Below are positions 38,401 through 47,321 of a stretch of 64,000 nt of DNA, one piece after another. The notes below the pieces were generated by a model. That model was not told where the DNA came from and did not search any database. It saw nothing but the letters and a program-made list of their open reading frames with translations. This DNA is from Candidatus Latescibacterota bacterium. GTDB lineage: Bacteria; Latescibacterota; UBA2968; UBA8231. The position numbers were made by a program, and so were the translations under genes. The stretch covers positions 6,464,001 through 6,528,000 of the forward strand of contig OZ241867.1 in NCBI GenBank assembly GCA_965203175.1, in the 5' to 3' direction. Each line of letters starts with the position of its first letter. Position 1 is the first letter of the stretch.

Positions 38401-38740
38401 GACTCTGGTGCTGGACGCGCGTTTCGTCGCTGCGGGCCTGCGCCGCCCTTTTGAGTTCTTCTTCGCCCATTTTGAAATAGGCATTGCCAATTTGGTACGC
38501 GGCCACTTCTTGCAGGGGCGCGTCTATTTGGCCGACGGAAACTCGAATGGCCTCCATCGCGAGCAATTTGTGCCGACTGCGCATGATGTGGCGATAGTTT
38601 TCAATGGCCTGATCGTAGGCCCCAGAGGCGTAGAAATTCTGGCCGTGCTCAAAGCGGGCCTGCATCTCCTCGGCCGTGGGCACAAAGCGAGTCGCAGCCG
38701 CGGCGAGAGTCAGTAGAGATAGGATGGCTAACGGCAGCAT
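35486..38740 (-). CDS. Giant secreted TPR protein (YbgF/BamD-type repeats)
   Basis: Signal peptide; many repeats of the YPxSxxAxxALYxIG type over 1084 aa. Confidence 0.88.
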   Translation of the reverse strand: MLPLAILSLLTLAAAATRFVPTAEEMQARFEHGQNFYASGAYDQAIENYRHIMRSRHKLLAMEAIRVSVGQIDAPLQEVAAYQIGNAYFKMGEEELKRAAQARSDETRVQHQSRADDLLGQAVEAFVATETLSATPVLQALARSRAVACAYRMGEYRRTIDEARQLVARYPTSPYVAHALYDIGWSHYQLGEYVQSIAVFEDLVGRFPLGYRTSRALFQIGECYFALERFAEAIPNYQRLVDSQRLDRMSVREILRMQRNKLAGLVDETELEIAAKALLRIGECRERTGDHALAVEAYAVVAARFADERRLSEEAYLRQAQLHYQRGDVAASIAVYQRALEAQQDDFGRARLQLLLANRYFETGNYLEAVREYSAYRDDYAAFAAQAGLPLEGVGLQIAQAWFGRAEAGEVAPEERADLFRRAEAELRRTLEAFPNSTYEMDLRFNLGLALQRQNEAATTDQALDIFQALATSSQAGGYRNSALFQCARILHGRGEYADAVQIYQSLEEELGDKPEADIARFEAAIAQRDAGAWEEAVASFLQVRGEAEIFSRSRLEAGRLLQQQGRFQRALAVLREGTQTETARDSQTLFNYLIATALSRVGDLDAALPYFDQTLAAADSAFVHQAFYGRGMAYFRLGQHAQAIADLERAAADSSLTAASRLLAAAYIAGGRIEQGLQLYRRLLQTASSPFQRGEYLLALAEIAYRQERYGRSIATCRELLALDFAEEERPLERTYYLREKCYWLMADAALRLEDYQAVADAAAAGLAAYPSGFYAPDFLFLGGLAALQLDRYEEAVGRLQDSITRYPEHPNAAEAHYYLGYAYFNQTLFAQAVAAFEFVVAQAPDHNIAPDALFRLAECRYNLQQYDQAQGQYQQLIDRYPHSPLAEEALYNIGWCLMNSLSGDADQKNKEVQRAFAAYLESFPEGRYAAIARYTLGELLYNQGDHQAAYDLFRQIEEQYPGTPAAAQAATALPELREAVAYGDYAALTDSLKAASELSDAEAIRALIPRFEQVWRQFPHTSSGIAARANIGVCHQKLGEWQRAVDVFDAILSAAREDSSLLAPNIRAFVERRRATIARKHL

Positions 38741-38757
38741 AGATCGTTCCTCGACAC

Positions 38758-40839
38758 CTAGTAGACTACTCCGACGACCCCGGCGACGCGTTCTGCGCCC
38801 GTGTCCACCTCAACTTCCACCCGATAGAGGTACAGGCCTGGAGCCACTAACAAACCCGTGGCATTGCGCCCATCCCACAAACCTGGGGGCCGACTGTCGG
38901 TTGGCAGCCGCACATAGGCCCCGGCCAACAGCGGCGGCGGACTGAGGTCGCGCACCAAGCGTCCGCTCAAATCGAAGATACGAATGCCTACCTGTCGCGG
39001 AGCCTCAACCTTGGAGAGGGCGAATTCAATAGCGGCAAAATCGTTGATCCCATCAGCGTTGGGGCTGAAGACCGGCGGGTGGACGCGCACTTGGGAGAGC
39101 GCCCGCTTCTCCGAGGTCGCGGCCGACAACACCCACGAATAAGGTGCATTGCTCTGCGGGTCAATGGCCGCGTTCTCGGCCACGTTGAGCGGATTGTCAG
39201 AATTGGGAGCAAAGAGGCGGGCGCGAAACGCATGGATCGCCGCGTGCGTTCGCGTCCTAAAGCGAATTTGCAACTGGGCGTCCTGCCGCAGCGGCTCGGC
39301 CAAGGAGATGGTTAGCTTGTCGCGCGTCGAGTCCCAAGCCTCAAGCGCACTACCTTCCAAGCCGGTGATTTCTTCGAGCATAGCCGGCGCGGGCACGTCG
39401 ATGCGGATCTGGGCTAGGCCCGCGTCGGCGTCGGCGAATTCCACATCGAGCGTGTAGGTAAAGGAGGTATCCCGGCCCATGGGGACGCGGTTGGGGACAA
39501 TGCGGCCCCACGCTTTGGAGACGGGCACTTGGTCGAGATCAAAATCGATCTCTAGGTGCTTGAAAACAGGGGTTTTCTCGGGAGAACGAGTCGCCATGTT
39601 GACCCGATATTGCAAAAGCGCCCGCGGTTCCTCGGCTGGAAACCAGATGTCCCCGGTGGTGAGGGGCGAGCTCCACCCCCCTGCCGAATCGGCTAGCGCG
39701 GCAGCTTGGTCGGCGCTGCGGAACTGCACGGTGAGTTCCGTGCCATCGGGAACTGTGGCCCGCCAGCGCACTCGACCTACGTTCTTGACCACGTCTGGAG
39801 CGCCTAAGTCGAGCGGTGCCGAAATGAACGTTCCCCGCTCTGCGTGCAGGCTGCCGTACACCTCTATTTCGGCTACGTTGGGCTGAGTGATGGCGTTGAT
39901 ATCGACGATGACCAAGCGCAAGTGGCGCGTCCACAGCGGCGGGAAGCGGACCTCGCTGCGGATGAAATCGACGATGTCGCGCAGGATGGCCACTTCGGTC
40001 CAGCGAATTTGGTCGTCGCTGACCTGAATCGAGTACCCGCGCAGGGAGCGGTCGAAGTACTGCTCTTGGTTGCGGCCCCGGGTTAGAACCCGCACAGCGT
40101 GGATTTTGCGCCGCGTTCCCAAGTCGATATCGGCATTGAAATTCAAGGCGTTGATCGGCGGATTCCACGAGGTATTCAAATCGCCGTCGAGCACTTCCGG
40201 GCGATTGGAGATCCGGTCCTTGGCCAAATTTTGGCCGCGCACTTGTTTGAGGATAATGCCGCCGGCTAGAGAGCCAATATCCGTCCCACCTAAAAAGCCG
40301 GCGATAGGCTGGCCGAAGGACAAAGACGGCTCCAAGGTGCCTTCTTGTACCAGATGCCAAGCCTCGTCCCGCGCCACCTCGGCAGTCGTCCACCCATCGT
40401 CATCCTGCAACTGGTCACTCCAGTACCAAGGCTGGCGGGTGCGATCGGTCGTCGTTTGCACTGTCGAGGTGTCCCCCGCAGCAAATTCCACGGCCACGGT
40501 CGCGGCCAAACCATTGCCCCGCCCGCGACCGTGGTTGACCACCAGCGCGGCGATGTGGTTATCGCCGCGCACCACTGGCACCGCAAAAACTCGCGGCTGC
40601 ACAGCGCTGGAATCGCTGCCGACTAGCTCTCCGTTGAAGTACGCGGCAAAGCTGTCGGCTGCGGCCATGTGCAGCAAGCCCTCGCCGGCTTCGGGGGCCT
40701 CAAAGGTGGCGCGGTAGTAGAGCGCGCTGCGCCATGCGGTCTGCTCCCAGGTGCTCCCCTCGGTCTGGACGGCGGAGCACACTGCGGCTAGGCCGACAAC
40801 GGCGAGCAGGATCCGTTCTTTCAAAACTGTGGGGATCAT
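38758..40839 (-). CDS. Secreted discoidin-domain protein with C-terminal FlgD-Ig/CHU_C-like domain
   Basis: VLDGDLNTSW...IDLGTRRKI...YSIQVSDDQIRW; PVFSPNADGIND...WDGRN...PGLY...VGVVY; paralog of 55646. Confidence 0.82.
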   Translation of the reverse strand: MIPTVLKERILLAVVGLAAVCSAVQTEGSTWEQTAWRSALYYRATFEAPEAGEGLLHMAAADSFAAYFNGELVGSDSSAVQPRVFAVPVVRGDNHIAALVVNHGRGRGNGLAATVAVEFAAGDTSTVQTTTDRTRQPWYWSDQLQDDDGWTTAEVARDEAWHLVQEGTLEPSLSFGQPIAGFLGGTDIGSLAGGIILKQVRGQNLAKDRISNRPEVLDGDLNTSWNPPINALNFNADIDLGTRRKIHAVRVLTRGRNQEQYFDRSLRGYSIQVSDDQIRWTEVAILRDIVDFIRSEVRFPPLWTRHLRLVIVDINAITQPNVAEIEVYGSLHAERGTFISAPLDLGAPDVVKNVGRVRWRATVPDGTELTVQFRSADQAAALADSAGGWSSPLTTGDIWFPAEEPRALLQYRVNMATRSPEKTPVFKHLEIDFDLDQVPVSKAWGRIVPNRVPMGRDTSFTYTLDVEFADADAGLAQIRIDVPAPAMLEEITGLEGSALEAWDSTRDKLTISLAEPLRQDAQLQIRFRTRTHAAIHAFRARLFAPNSDNPLNVAENAAIDPQSNAPYSWVLSAATSEKRALSQVRVHPPVFSPNADGINDFAAIEFALSKVEAPRQVGIRIFDLSGRLVRDLSPPPLLAGAYVRLPTDSRPPGLWDGRNATGLLVAPGLYLYRVEVEVDTGAERVAGVVGVVY

Positions 40840-41591
40840 TCGTCCACCGCGCAGCGAAAGCCGACATTGCCATCGGCACTGAACGGGCTGCAGGCCCGTC
40901 GGTACGAGGTGCGCAACAGATTGGGATCATTGGACCACGAGCCCCCGCGCACCACTTTCAGCGTTCCATCCGCCGGTCCAAGGGGATTGCGCTCGTGTTC
41001 GCCGGTATAATATTCGCTGTGATACCAGTCTGCCACCCACTCCCAGACATTGCCGGCCATATCGCGGACCCCATAGGGCGATTCTCCTTGTGGGTAATGA
41101 CCCACCGGCGAAGTAAAGGAGAACCCATCGCTGGCGTCGACGTCACAGCAAAAGTCCGTTCCGTAGTTGGCCCTAGTGCGATCGATGCCTTCACCCCAGG
41201 GGTAGGTGCGCCCATCGGTCCCCCGAGCGGCTTTTTCCCACTCTGCCTCCGTGGGCAGGCGCTTGCCGACCCACTGGCAATAAGCCAATGCATCGGGCCA
41301 GCCCACCGAGATGATCGGATGGTCGTCCGGGGCTGACCGAACGGGCAGGTTCATGGCTTGGGCATAGGCATTCCACTCGGCCGTACTCACTTCGTGGCGG
41401 TCAATCCAGAAGCCATTGAGATGCACGGAATGTGCAGGGCGCTCATCACTGGCACCGGAGTCGGAGCCCATGATGAAGGGACCGGCCGGAATTTTCACCA
41501 TGCCCGGCGGGTCCTCGGAGTCCGTCGGCCCCGAGACCTTATCGCAGGCGCTCAGACCGACACTGAGCAATAGAGCTACTACGCGTTTCAC
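40836..41591 (-). CDS. FGE-sulfatase (SUMF1/EgtB/PvdO) fold lipoprotein
   Basis: Lipobox LSAC; RLPTEAEWEKAARG, DMAGNVWEW, RGGSW, GFRC. Confidence 0.92.
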   Translation of the reverse strand: MKRVVALLLSVGLSACDKVSGPTDSEDPPGMVKIPAGPFIMGSDSGASDERPAHSVHLNGFWIDRHEVSTAEWNAYAQAMNLPVRSAPDDHPIISVGWPDALAYCQWVGKRLPTEAEWEKAARGTDGRTYPWGEGIDRTRANYGTDFCCDVDASDGFSFTSPVGHYPQGESPYGVRDMAGNVWEWVADWYHSEYYTGEHERNPLGPADGTLKVVRGGSWSNDPNLLRTSYRRACSPFSADGNVGFRCAVDE

Positions 41592-43654
41592 AAGGCCCCT
41601 CTTTTGGCGCTATCCCCTAACTCTGGTTGCGCCAGCGTCTCCACTAGGGGAATAAAATACTGAGTATGCGGCCCTTCGTCGGCAAACTGGCGCGCGAGGC
41701 GGCGAGCGTCCTCCAAGCGGTCGTTGTGGATCAAGGTCTCCGCCAGAGCCGGGAAGAGCACAAAGATGTATTCGCGCTGGATCTGGGGCGCTTCAAGGGC
41801 CTGCAAAAGAGGCGGCAGAGCCTGCTGGTACTGCCCCAGCAGAAAGTGAAGCTGGCCTTTGATCAGCGCTGCGAATCCCGGATCGGCCGAGTCAGAGCCG
41901 ACGACGAATGGAAAGCGCTGTAGGGCGCGTTGCAGGACCGCGGCCCGGTCGCCGGAGATGGCCTCGCCGCTCAGGGCAAAGGTCCGCCCCCACTGAACCG
42001 CGGCCCACAGATCGCCCCGCAGAGTAAAGGGCGCTTCCCAGCGGGCCGCTCTATAGTACGAGCGGGCCGTTGAAAAATCGCGCACAGCAAAAAGTTGCTC
42101 GGCCACTTGCAGGGCCAACAGCCCCTGGTCCCGGTGGCGCATCCACTGTTCAGCGCCGCGCTGCTCAGCCGCGGAGAGTTCTTCCCATAGCTGCTTGGCC
42201 AATCGCCGGTAGCGCGTGGCATTGTGGGCGTTGTACCGGTCCATGGGCGGCCGACTGAACAATTCGGCCATGGCTTGGTAAACCCGCAGACGACCGACGG
42301 GCAAATCGCCCAGCAGGTCTCGATATTGAGCATCGCTGCGCAGGCGCGCCAACTCGACGGGTTCATCCACGACTTGCGGCACAGCTTCGACGACCGTGCG
42401 CGCCAACAGAGCCTGTCCCGCCACCGAAGGATGCAGGTGATCGGCCATCAACTCCCAGCCCACGCCCTCGGAAGGAGCAGCCCGATCAAAGGCCGCTTGC
42501 ACGTCGGCTAACCCAACCCCACTCTGGCGCGCCACGCTGTCGATCACCGCGCTGAAAGAGCGCGGGGCCCGCCAGGGCATGGTGTCGAGTTGGCGGGCCT
42601 TGGCAAAGGCTTGGCGGGCCGCCGCAGGGCGCTGCAAGTGGACTAAGGCCCGGCCCCTGAGATACCACAGATAGGCGTGTTTTTCCCATACCTGAGCCGC
42701 CGTGGTCAAATTCTCCAACGCCCCGTGGACAGCCTCCGGAGGCGGGGGCTCCAGCACCAGAATCTCGGCGGCCTTAGCCACCTGCTGCTGCCACTGCCGG
42801 GCCAGATGCTCCTCCAGAGGAGGCGCGGCCCCAGCGCCGGGCGCGAAACCAGACTCATTAGCCGCCAAAGTACACAAGATCAACGGAACCTCGGCTTTGC
42901 TACAGGCAGCGGCCACACTTAGCAGATTGGCGCGCAGGTGCTCGGGAGCGGCCCGACGCCGCGGGCTGTCCAGCGCGACTTGGCCGCGCTCGGCCATAAT
43001 CCGCGCCAAGGCCGTGGAGGAGACCTCGCTGCCGCGAAAATAATCCAGTCCCGTCCGCACCAAGGCGGTGAGCCGTCTCTGCATAAGGAAGTAGTGCAGC
43101 CGGTTGCGCCAGGGCGAATGGCGTTCGTCAACCCCGTAGATCCCATTGAATTCGTTGTGGCCGGTGTACACCACCACTAGATCCGGCTCCAGTTGCAGGG
43201 CGTCTTCGACCACTTTGGCAACGGCAAAACTGGCGATTGACGTAATCCCCAAGTTGAACACCTGGACCTCTTTATCGGGCCAGATGTCCTGCAGCATGGC
43301 CGCCAAAAAGGACGAAGCCGCAAGGGATTGGACATAGGGGTAGCCCTGGACCGTGGAGGCACCGGCAAAGACCACGCGAAAGCGCTTGCGGGGAGCCGGC
43401 TCGAAAAAGGGCTGGGATCCCATGCGACCGCTGCCGATGAGTTTGCCTTGGTAACGCTGGAAGAAAAAGCGCCTAGCGTAGAGAGGATTGACACTGCGCA
43501 GACGCCGCTCATCGCGCTCGGCCAAGGTGACGAGAAAAGGCTCGGGGGCTAAGGCTGAGACTAGGTGCAACAGCAGTTCCGCGACCACGACGAGGACCAA
43601 TCCCAGTCCCAGCCCAGCGAAGCGGAGGAACCAGACTCGTTGGCGGCTGGTCAT
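41588..43654 (-). CDS. Membrane-anchored SGNH/GDSL hydrolase-like protein with TPRs
   Basis: Start ATG 43654 (ATGA overlap); TM segment; AGAST, NLGITS, YTGHNE and DHLHPS blocks; TPR helices. Confidence 0.82.
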   Translation of the reverse strand: MTSRQRVWFLRFAGLGLGLVLVVVAELLLHLVSALAPEPFLVTLAERDERRLRSVNPLYARRFFFQRYQGKLIGSGRMGSQPFFEPAPRKRFRVVFAGASTVQGYPYVQSLAASSFLAAMLQDIWPDKEVQVFNLGITSIASFAVAKVVEDALQLEPDLVVVYTGHNEFNGIYGVDERHSPWRNRLHYFLMQRRLTALVRTGLDYFRGSEVSSTALARIMAERGQVALDSPRRRAAPEHLRANLLSVAAACSKAEVPLILCTLAANESGFAPGAGAAPPLEEHLARQWQQQVAKAAEILVLEPPPPEAVHGALENLTTAAQVWEKHAYLWYLRGRALVHLQRPAAARQAFAKARQLDTMPWRAPRSFSAVIDSVARQSGVGLADVQAAFDRAAPSEGVGWELMADHLHPSVAGQALLARTVVEAVPQVVDEPVELARLRSDAQYRDLLGDLPVGRLRVYQAMAELFSRPPMDRYNAHNATRYRRLAKQLWEELSAAEQRGAEQWMRHRDQGLLALQVAEQLFAVRDFSTARSYYRAARWEAPFTLRGDLWAAVQWGRTFALSGEAISGDRAAVLQRALQRFPFVVGSDSADPGFAALIKGQLHFLLGQYQQALPPLLQALEAPQIQREYIFVLFPALAETLIHNDRLEDARRLARQFADEGPHTQYFIPLVETLAQPELGDSAKRGAL

Positions 43655-44478
43655 GGCGGCCCCTCCCTCAGCAATCGCGCTCCCACCGAGGCATAGCGCC
43701 CGTGCGGCACTTGGCTGAGGCGGTTGGCCGAGCGCAGGCGGCGGGCTCCGTTGTTGTGGAAATAACCGCCCCGGAGAACGCGCTGTATCCCGGTTGTAGG
43801 GCCGGGAGGATCCACTTTGAGAGCGCTGCCGTAGTACTCGGGACTGTACCAATCGTGGACCCACTCCCACAGATTGCCGTGCATATCGTACAGGCCCCAA
43901 GGATTGGGTTTTTTCGTCGCCACTGACTGGCTGTGTCGCAGACCGACGTCCCAAGTATTGCCGGTGTGCCAGGCAAAGTCGTCCAGCAGCACCTCGTCGT
44001 CGCCAAAGGACCAGCGGGTAGAGGTACCAGCCCGGCAGGCGTACTCCCACTCGGCTTCCGTGGGCAGGCGGTAGAGTCGGGCGCCAGCACTGGCGTTGAG
44101 GGCCGCGGCGAATTGCTCGACGTCGAGCCACGACAGCCCTGCGGCCGGGTAGTCCGGTCCTTGGAGGACGAAATCTAGGCCGGCCCACGGCTGCGTATCC
44201 ATGACCGCAGTCCACTGTTGCTGGGTGATTTCTGTCTGCGCCAGATAGAAACCCCGGGTAATTTGCACCTCGCGTTGCGGTGCCTCGTCGTCGTCCCGTC
44301 CTGGTTCAGTGGGAGGCGAACCCATGACAAAGGTGCCTGGATCAATCCAGACAAAGGCCATCTCGGCCCCATCCGGTAGTTCGGCGACCAGTACGGGTCG
44401 ATCCGCCGCTGTTTCCGGCTCGCATCCCCAGGCGATGAGGGCGAGCAATAGGATTTTATAAAGTCTGGACGCGTACAT
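43651..44478 (-). CDS. FGE-sulfatase fold lipoprotein
   Basis: Lipobox AWGC; RLPTEAEWEYACRAG, PNPWGLYDMHGNLWEW, RVLRGG; start ATG 44478. Confidence 0.9.
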   Translation of the reverse strand: MYASRLYKILLLALIAWGCEPETAADRPVLVAELPDGAEMAFVWIDPGTFVMGSPPTEPGRDDDEAPQREVQITRGFYLAQTEITQQQWTAVMDTQPWAGLDFVLQGPDYPAAGLSWLDVEQFAAALNASAGARLYRLPTEAEWEYACRAGTSTRWSFGDDEVLLDDFAWHTGNTWDVGLRHSQSVATKKPNPWGLYDMHGNLWEWVHDWYSPEYYGSALKVDPPGPTTGIQRVLRGGYFHNNGARRLRSANRLSQVPHGRYASVGARLLREGPP

Positions 44479-44480
44479 AG

Positions 44481-46190
44481 TTACAACCCGGCAACATTGC
44501 CCTGCGTCCGGCGCACCGCAAGCCCCTGTCCCTCGGTGATCACCAGCCACTGGTCGGCGTCGAGATCGCGAAATTCCTCGACCCGGCCGCCGGGCCAGCG
44601 CACCACTAGCCGCTCGACTTTGGTGGCCCGTTGCAACCCGAAGTGAGCGCGGATGTCGCTGTGCGACAGGAAGCTGGTCCCCGCGACAATTTGGCGAATC
44701 TGGACGCCGGCGGCGACCACGGCCTCAATGCGAGCCCCAATGCCGTCCCGATTGCTCGCGGTGCCAATGAGGGAGACCTGGAGCCAGTGATTGCGGTTGC
44801 CGCCGTCGTTGCGCAACAGGGTGGGCGTATCGTCGATATTGAGGATGAGGATGTCGATGTCGCCGTCGTTGTCGTAGTCGCCAAAGGCCGCCCCCCGGCT
44901 CACCTTTTCCACGGCCAAGCCGCTGCCGGCCTGGGTACCAATTTCAACGAAGGAGCCGCTGCCGTCGTTGTCAAAGAGAAAATTGCGTTGGGCGTACCGC
45001 GTGCCCACATCGTAGTCGTCCAAGACCGGATAGACATGGCCATTGGCGGCGAATAGATCCAAATCGCCGTCGTTGTCGCGATCGAAGAAGCCCGTGCCCC
45101 AACCCACGAAGGGCATGCTCACCTCGCCCACGCCCACCGCGTGGCTCACATCGGTAAAAAGGCGTCCTCCTTCACTGCGGTACAAGGTGTAGTAATCCTC
45201 GGAGAAATGGGTGACGAAAAAGTCGCAATCGCCATCGTTGTCGTAGTCGCCCGTGGCCACGCCCATGCCGGCTTGTTCCTCGCCATCGGCGCTGTGGCTG
45301 GCACCCGTGGCCAAGGAGACATCTTTGAAGCGCCCATTGCCCAAGTTGCGCAAGAGCAGATTGGGATCGGTGTCGTTGGCCACGTACAGATCCAGGTCCC
45401 CATCGCTGTCGCTATCGACAAATACGGGTTGGAACCCGTTGTACGCCACCGGACCAACGCCGATCTGAGCGGTAACATCCTCAAAGGTACCATCGCCTCG
45501 ATTGCGGTAGAGCACGTCCTGTTCTCCCTCATAGGCGTTGGGTCCTTGGAATATCTTGATCCCCTTCCACAACTGATAGAGATCGGCTTCGTCGAGTTCG
45601 TCTGGATTAAAGCGGACAAAATTGGCCACGTACAGATCCACATCCCCGTCCACATCGTAGTCGCCCCAAGCAACGCCCGTGCTCCAGCGCGGATCCGCCA
45701 CCCCCGCAGCGTGGGCCACCTCGTCAAAGGTCCCATCGCCCTGATTGCGGTAGAGCCGGTTGGGTCCATAGTTGGTTGCCAAAAGGTCGGTGTCGCCGTC
45801 GTTGTCGTAATCCGCGGCCCCACAACCCATGCTCCAAGCCGTGTCGCCCACGCCAGCCGTGCGAGTGACATCGGCGAACGTGCCATCGCCCCGGTTGCGG
45901 TAGAGCCGGTTGCCGGGCGGGGGATCGGGCAGCGGCTCGAAGGAGGAGCCATTGATTAGGTATGCATCTAGGTAGCCGTCGTTGTCGTAGTCGAACAGAC
46001 CCGCGCCGCCGCCCTTGGACTCAATGATATAGGTCTTCTGCGGCTTGCCCGAGACATTGCGCCCATGCAGGCCGGCTTGTTGGGCCACATCGACAAAGAC
46101 CACCCGCGGCGGTGTAGCCTCTTCACCGCACCCGAGCAACAGCAGGCCCGCGCCGCCCAGCGCGCAGTACAAATTTCGCTTTCCAATCAT
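44481..46190 (-). CDS. CRTAC1-family (FG-GAP repeats + ASPIC/UnbV) lipoprotein
   Basis: Lipobox LLGC; repeated DYDNDGDxD motifs; SNRDGIGARI...HFGL...VRWPGG UnbV domain; TGATG overlap. Confidence 0.92.
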   Translation of the reverse strand: MIGKRNLYCALGGAGLLLLGCGEEATPPRVVFVDVAQQAGLHGRNVSGKPQKTYIIESKGGGAGLFDYDNDGYLDAYLINGSSFEPLPDPPPGNRLYRNRGDGTFADVTRTAGVGDTAWSMGCGAADYDNDGDTDLLATNYGPNRLYRNQGDGTFDEVAHAAGVADPRWSTGVAWGDYDVDGDVDLYVANFVRFNPDELDEADLYQLWKGIKIFQGPNAYEGEQDVLYRNRGDGTFEDVTAQIGVGPVAYNGFQPVFVDSDSDGDLDLYVANDTDPNLLLRNLGNGRFKDVSLATGASHSADGEEQAGMGVATGDYDNDGDCDFFVTHFSEDYYTLYRSEGGRLFTDVSHAVGVGEVSMPFVGWGTGFFDRDNDGDLDLFAANGHVYPVLDDYDVGTRYAQRNFLFDNDGSGSFVEIGTQAGSGLAVEKVSRGAAFGDYDNDGDIDILILNIDDTPTLLRNDGGNRNHWLQVSLIGTASNRDGIGARIEAVVAAGVQIRQIVAGTSFLSHSDIRAHFGLQRATKVERLVVRWPGGRVEEFRDLDADQWLVITEGQGLAVRRTQGNVAGL

Positions 46191-47317
46191 CAGTCGCGTC
46201 CGTCGATAAATTCCAAGTCGCACTCGGCGACTGTGCGGCCCTCTGCAGGTGCAAACGTCCACCGCTCTATCTCAGAGCGGACACAGGCATCCACCGCCGC
46301 GCTCACTACCCCCGAATCGACGATTTCCACCGCTGCCACAGCACCGGTCGGGTCGATGGTAAAGCGGACTTTCATCCGTCCTGCAGCCGCGCGACCAGCG
46401 GCAAATTCGCGGGCGAAACAGGCGTTGATATCCGTCAGGCGATCTTGCAGTTCGCCCTCGAGCGCGCTAGCCGCCCGCGTCGGATTCCCGGCTGCGCCGC
46501 GATCTAGCTGTAGCGGGCCACCTAGCCGGGTATAAGTAACAAGCCCACTCAGGGACTCATCCCGCTCTCGCTCGACGAGTTCCCGCTGCACCTCGCGCTG
46601 GAACTCAAAGCGCAGAGTAGTAGTTTCCAACGGCGCGTCGTGGGGATTGAATTTGAGGACGAAGTCGCGCAGCACCAAGGCGACTTGCGCCACCTCGTCG
46701 GCGAGCGGATCAAAGACGATCAAACCTCGGTACGACTCGCCTTTGAAAATTTTGCGGTCGATGTTGTAGTTGTTGCTGCGCACAATGCCCATGCGCATGT
46801 TGAAGCGGTAAAAATCATTGCCGCTGGGGCTCCTGCGGGCGCGGTAGTACGACTCAAAGTTCCTAGGCGACGAACCCGCCAAAATGCCGTAGGGCTGGAG
46901 GAATTCGCCGCCCCGATCCGTCAGCAGCACGGCCTTGAGGGGGTTGAGTTCCACTTTGGCAAAGGCGCGGTTGTGCACCTCGATTTCAAAGACGGTAAAG
47001 CGATTGCGAACATAGCCAACCGTCGGATCGACATAGTCGCCAAAAGTGTAGGGATTGATCGAGTACTCTCCCTGGCTCGACTCTGTGGGGAACATGGCGT
47101 TGAGTTCCGAGTCGCTCAGGTGGCGAACCAAAAGCCGCAGGCCTTCTATGGTATAGGAGACGGCCCCGTCGCTCTCTAAAGCGTACTGGGCCGAGGCCGC
47201 AGACATAGGCAGCAGCCGGGAGACCTGGACGATTTGCTGAGGGTAGAGCAAATGGCAGCCACAGGCCAAGAGCCAGAGTCCGGCCGCACAAAAACCTATT
47301 TTTTTATTCGTCAACAT
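46190..47317 (-). CDS. Lipoprotein with C-terminal AgmX/PglI (TonB-C-like) domain
   Basis: Lipobox-like LACGC; GDYVDPxxGYVRNRFTVF shared with 33074; INACF...GRMKVRFTIDPTGAV...VDACVRSEIERWTF. Confidence 0.8.
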   Translation of the reverse strand: MLTNKKIGFCAAGLWLLACGCHLLYPQQIVQVSRLLPMSAASAQYALESDGAVSYTIEGLRLLVRHLSDSELNAMFPTESSQGEYSINPYTFGDYVDPTVGYVRNRFTVFEIEVHNRAFAKVELNPLKAVLLTDRGGEFLQPYGILAGSSPRNFESYYRARRSPSGNDFYRFNMRMGIVRSNNYNIDRKIFKGESYRGLIVFDPLADEVAQVALVLRDFVLKFNPHDAPLETTTLRFEFQREVQRELVERERDESLSGLVTYTRLGGPLQLDRGAAGNPTRAASALEGELQDRLTDINACFAREFAAGRAAAGRMKVRFTIDPTGAVAAVEIVDSGVVSAAVDACVRSEIERWTFAPAEGRTVAECDLEFIDGRD

Positions 47318-47321
47318 CGGC

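Noticed and set aside
43655-44215. N-terminal extension of the 875-aa ORF
   Set aside because: Overlaps the FGE-fold gene in another frame; the ATGA coupling at 43654 marks the real start.
40836-44478. FGE/C-type-lectin-fold genes as possible DGR targets
   Set aside because: No reverse transcriptase and no TR/VR pair with adenine-specific mismatches seen in the window.
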